Assembly (NCBI GenBank): GCA_013239625.1
Contig: MU053629.1
Coordinates: 1,019,567 to 1,083,566, forward strand
Origin: Lama guanicoe
Lineage: Eukaryota
Direction of reading: 5' to 3'
Length of the DNA: 64,000 nt
The notes under the pieces: generated by a model
Told to the model about the DNA's origin: nothing
The model's input: the letters and a program-made list of their open reading frames with translations, nothing else
Databases searched by the model: none
Program-made: the position numbers and the translations under genes
Part shown: positions 63,300-64,000 of the stretch, piece after piece
How positions within the stretch are numbered: the first letter of the stretch is position 1
How the letters are laid out: every line of letters starts with the position of its first letter

Positions 63300-64000
63300 G
63301 TGTGGATGTACAGTTGGTGGCAATGGCACTCTCCTTACGTCCACCTCTTCGTGTCTCAAATCACAGCAAGTGACTCCTCGTTTCCCTTCTTTTCCGGAAA
63401 AGATCCCATGACCCCCCAACAGGAGCTCCCTCAACATCCTTTCTTGCCGTCTCTAATTTCCACGTGTTTTCACCTGCCCTCGTTCCTTTCCCCTCCTCTC
63501 CGCGGAGCCTGTGCTGACCTGGCGGTGGGCGCTCCCGGGCCAGGCTCTGGCAGCCCTCCTCCTCTTCTCTTGCATCTTCTGTCCCTCCTTTGTCTTCCTC
63601 TGCTGGCCCTTTCTGCTCCGCTCTCAGTCCTGCTGAAATCATCCGCACTTTGCTAAGGAGATCCCTTAAGTTCACCACTTCAAAATTCACCTTGCTCCCC
63701 ATCTCCTTTCCTTTGTTGTTTAACTTCTTGAAGGAGAATGAGAGAAGTCTTGCCACTGCCCTTTTCTCCCATCTCCTCCCTCATTAGCTCCTTGAAATCC
63801 TGCCCCGCCCGCCTCAGCGCTGCGCTCCGGCCATCCTGTCCTCCTCACGGACCGGCCCAGTGGCCTTTTCTCAGTCCTCAGCCCCATTGGCCTCTCAGTT
63901 CCACTTGGCGCCGTTTATAACTTACTTCTTGAAACTCTTCCTCCGTCGGCTTCCAGGAATTGTCTGCTCCCATTTGCTTCCCACTCTTCTAACTGCCTTC
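63300..64000 (+). mobile_element. Ancient L2 ORF2 (reverse transcriptase region) remnant
   Basis: C/T-rich; cagtggccttttctcagtcctca..ggcctctcag..cttcttgaaactcttcctcc..ggcttccagga follows the L2 pattern G.FSVLILLDLS...LLETLSSLGF.D. Confidence 0.65.

Noticed and set aside
49165..64000. RAB8B exon 2
   Set aside because: No [20 protein letters not shown]-like coding segment found; intron 1 extends past the window.

Overview
Mammalian genomic DNA, most likely a camelid, inferred from six copies of a tRNA-Ala-derived vic-1-type SINE. The window holds the complete four-exon RPS27L gene on the minus strand (84 aa, CpG-island promoter, near-perfect p53 element in intron 1). About 34 kb away and head-to-head is coding exon 1 of RAB8B on the plus strand, followed by ~15 kb of its intron 1. 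This order matches human LACTB-RPS27L-RAB8B. Between the two genes lie a decayed processed pseudogene of RRP1B and three ERV1-type LTRs, one still attached to internal sequence with an env remnant. There are also many L1 3' ends, MaLR LTRs, MIR/L2 fragments and hAT/Tigger fossils, several nested with readable target-site duplications. I see no convincing new biological system. The best leads are: a candidate poison/alternative exon downstream of RPS27L; a degenerate CCAAT array with an exact 21-bp period; a TATA/MEF2-CRE-E-box module followed by a splice donor in the intergenic space; and splice-like and micro-ORF features in the RRP1B retrocopy. Repeat family names come from recalled consensus sequences, and repeat boundaries without a TSD are approximate.
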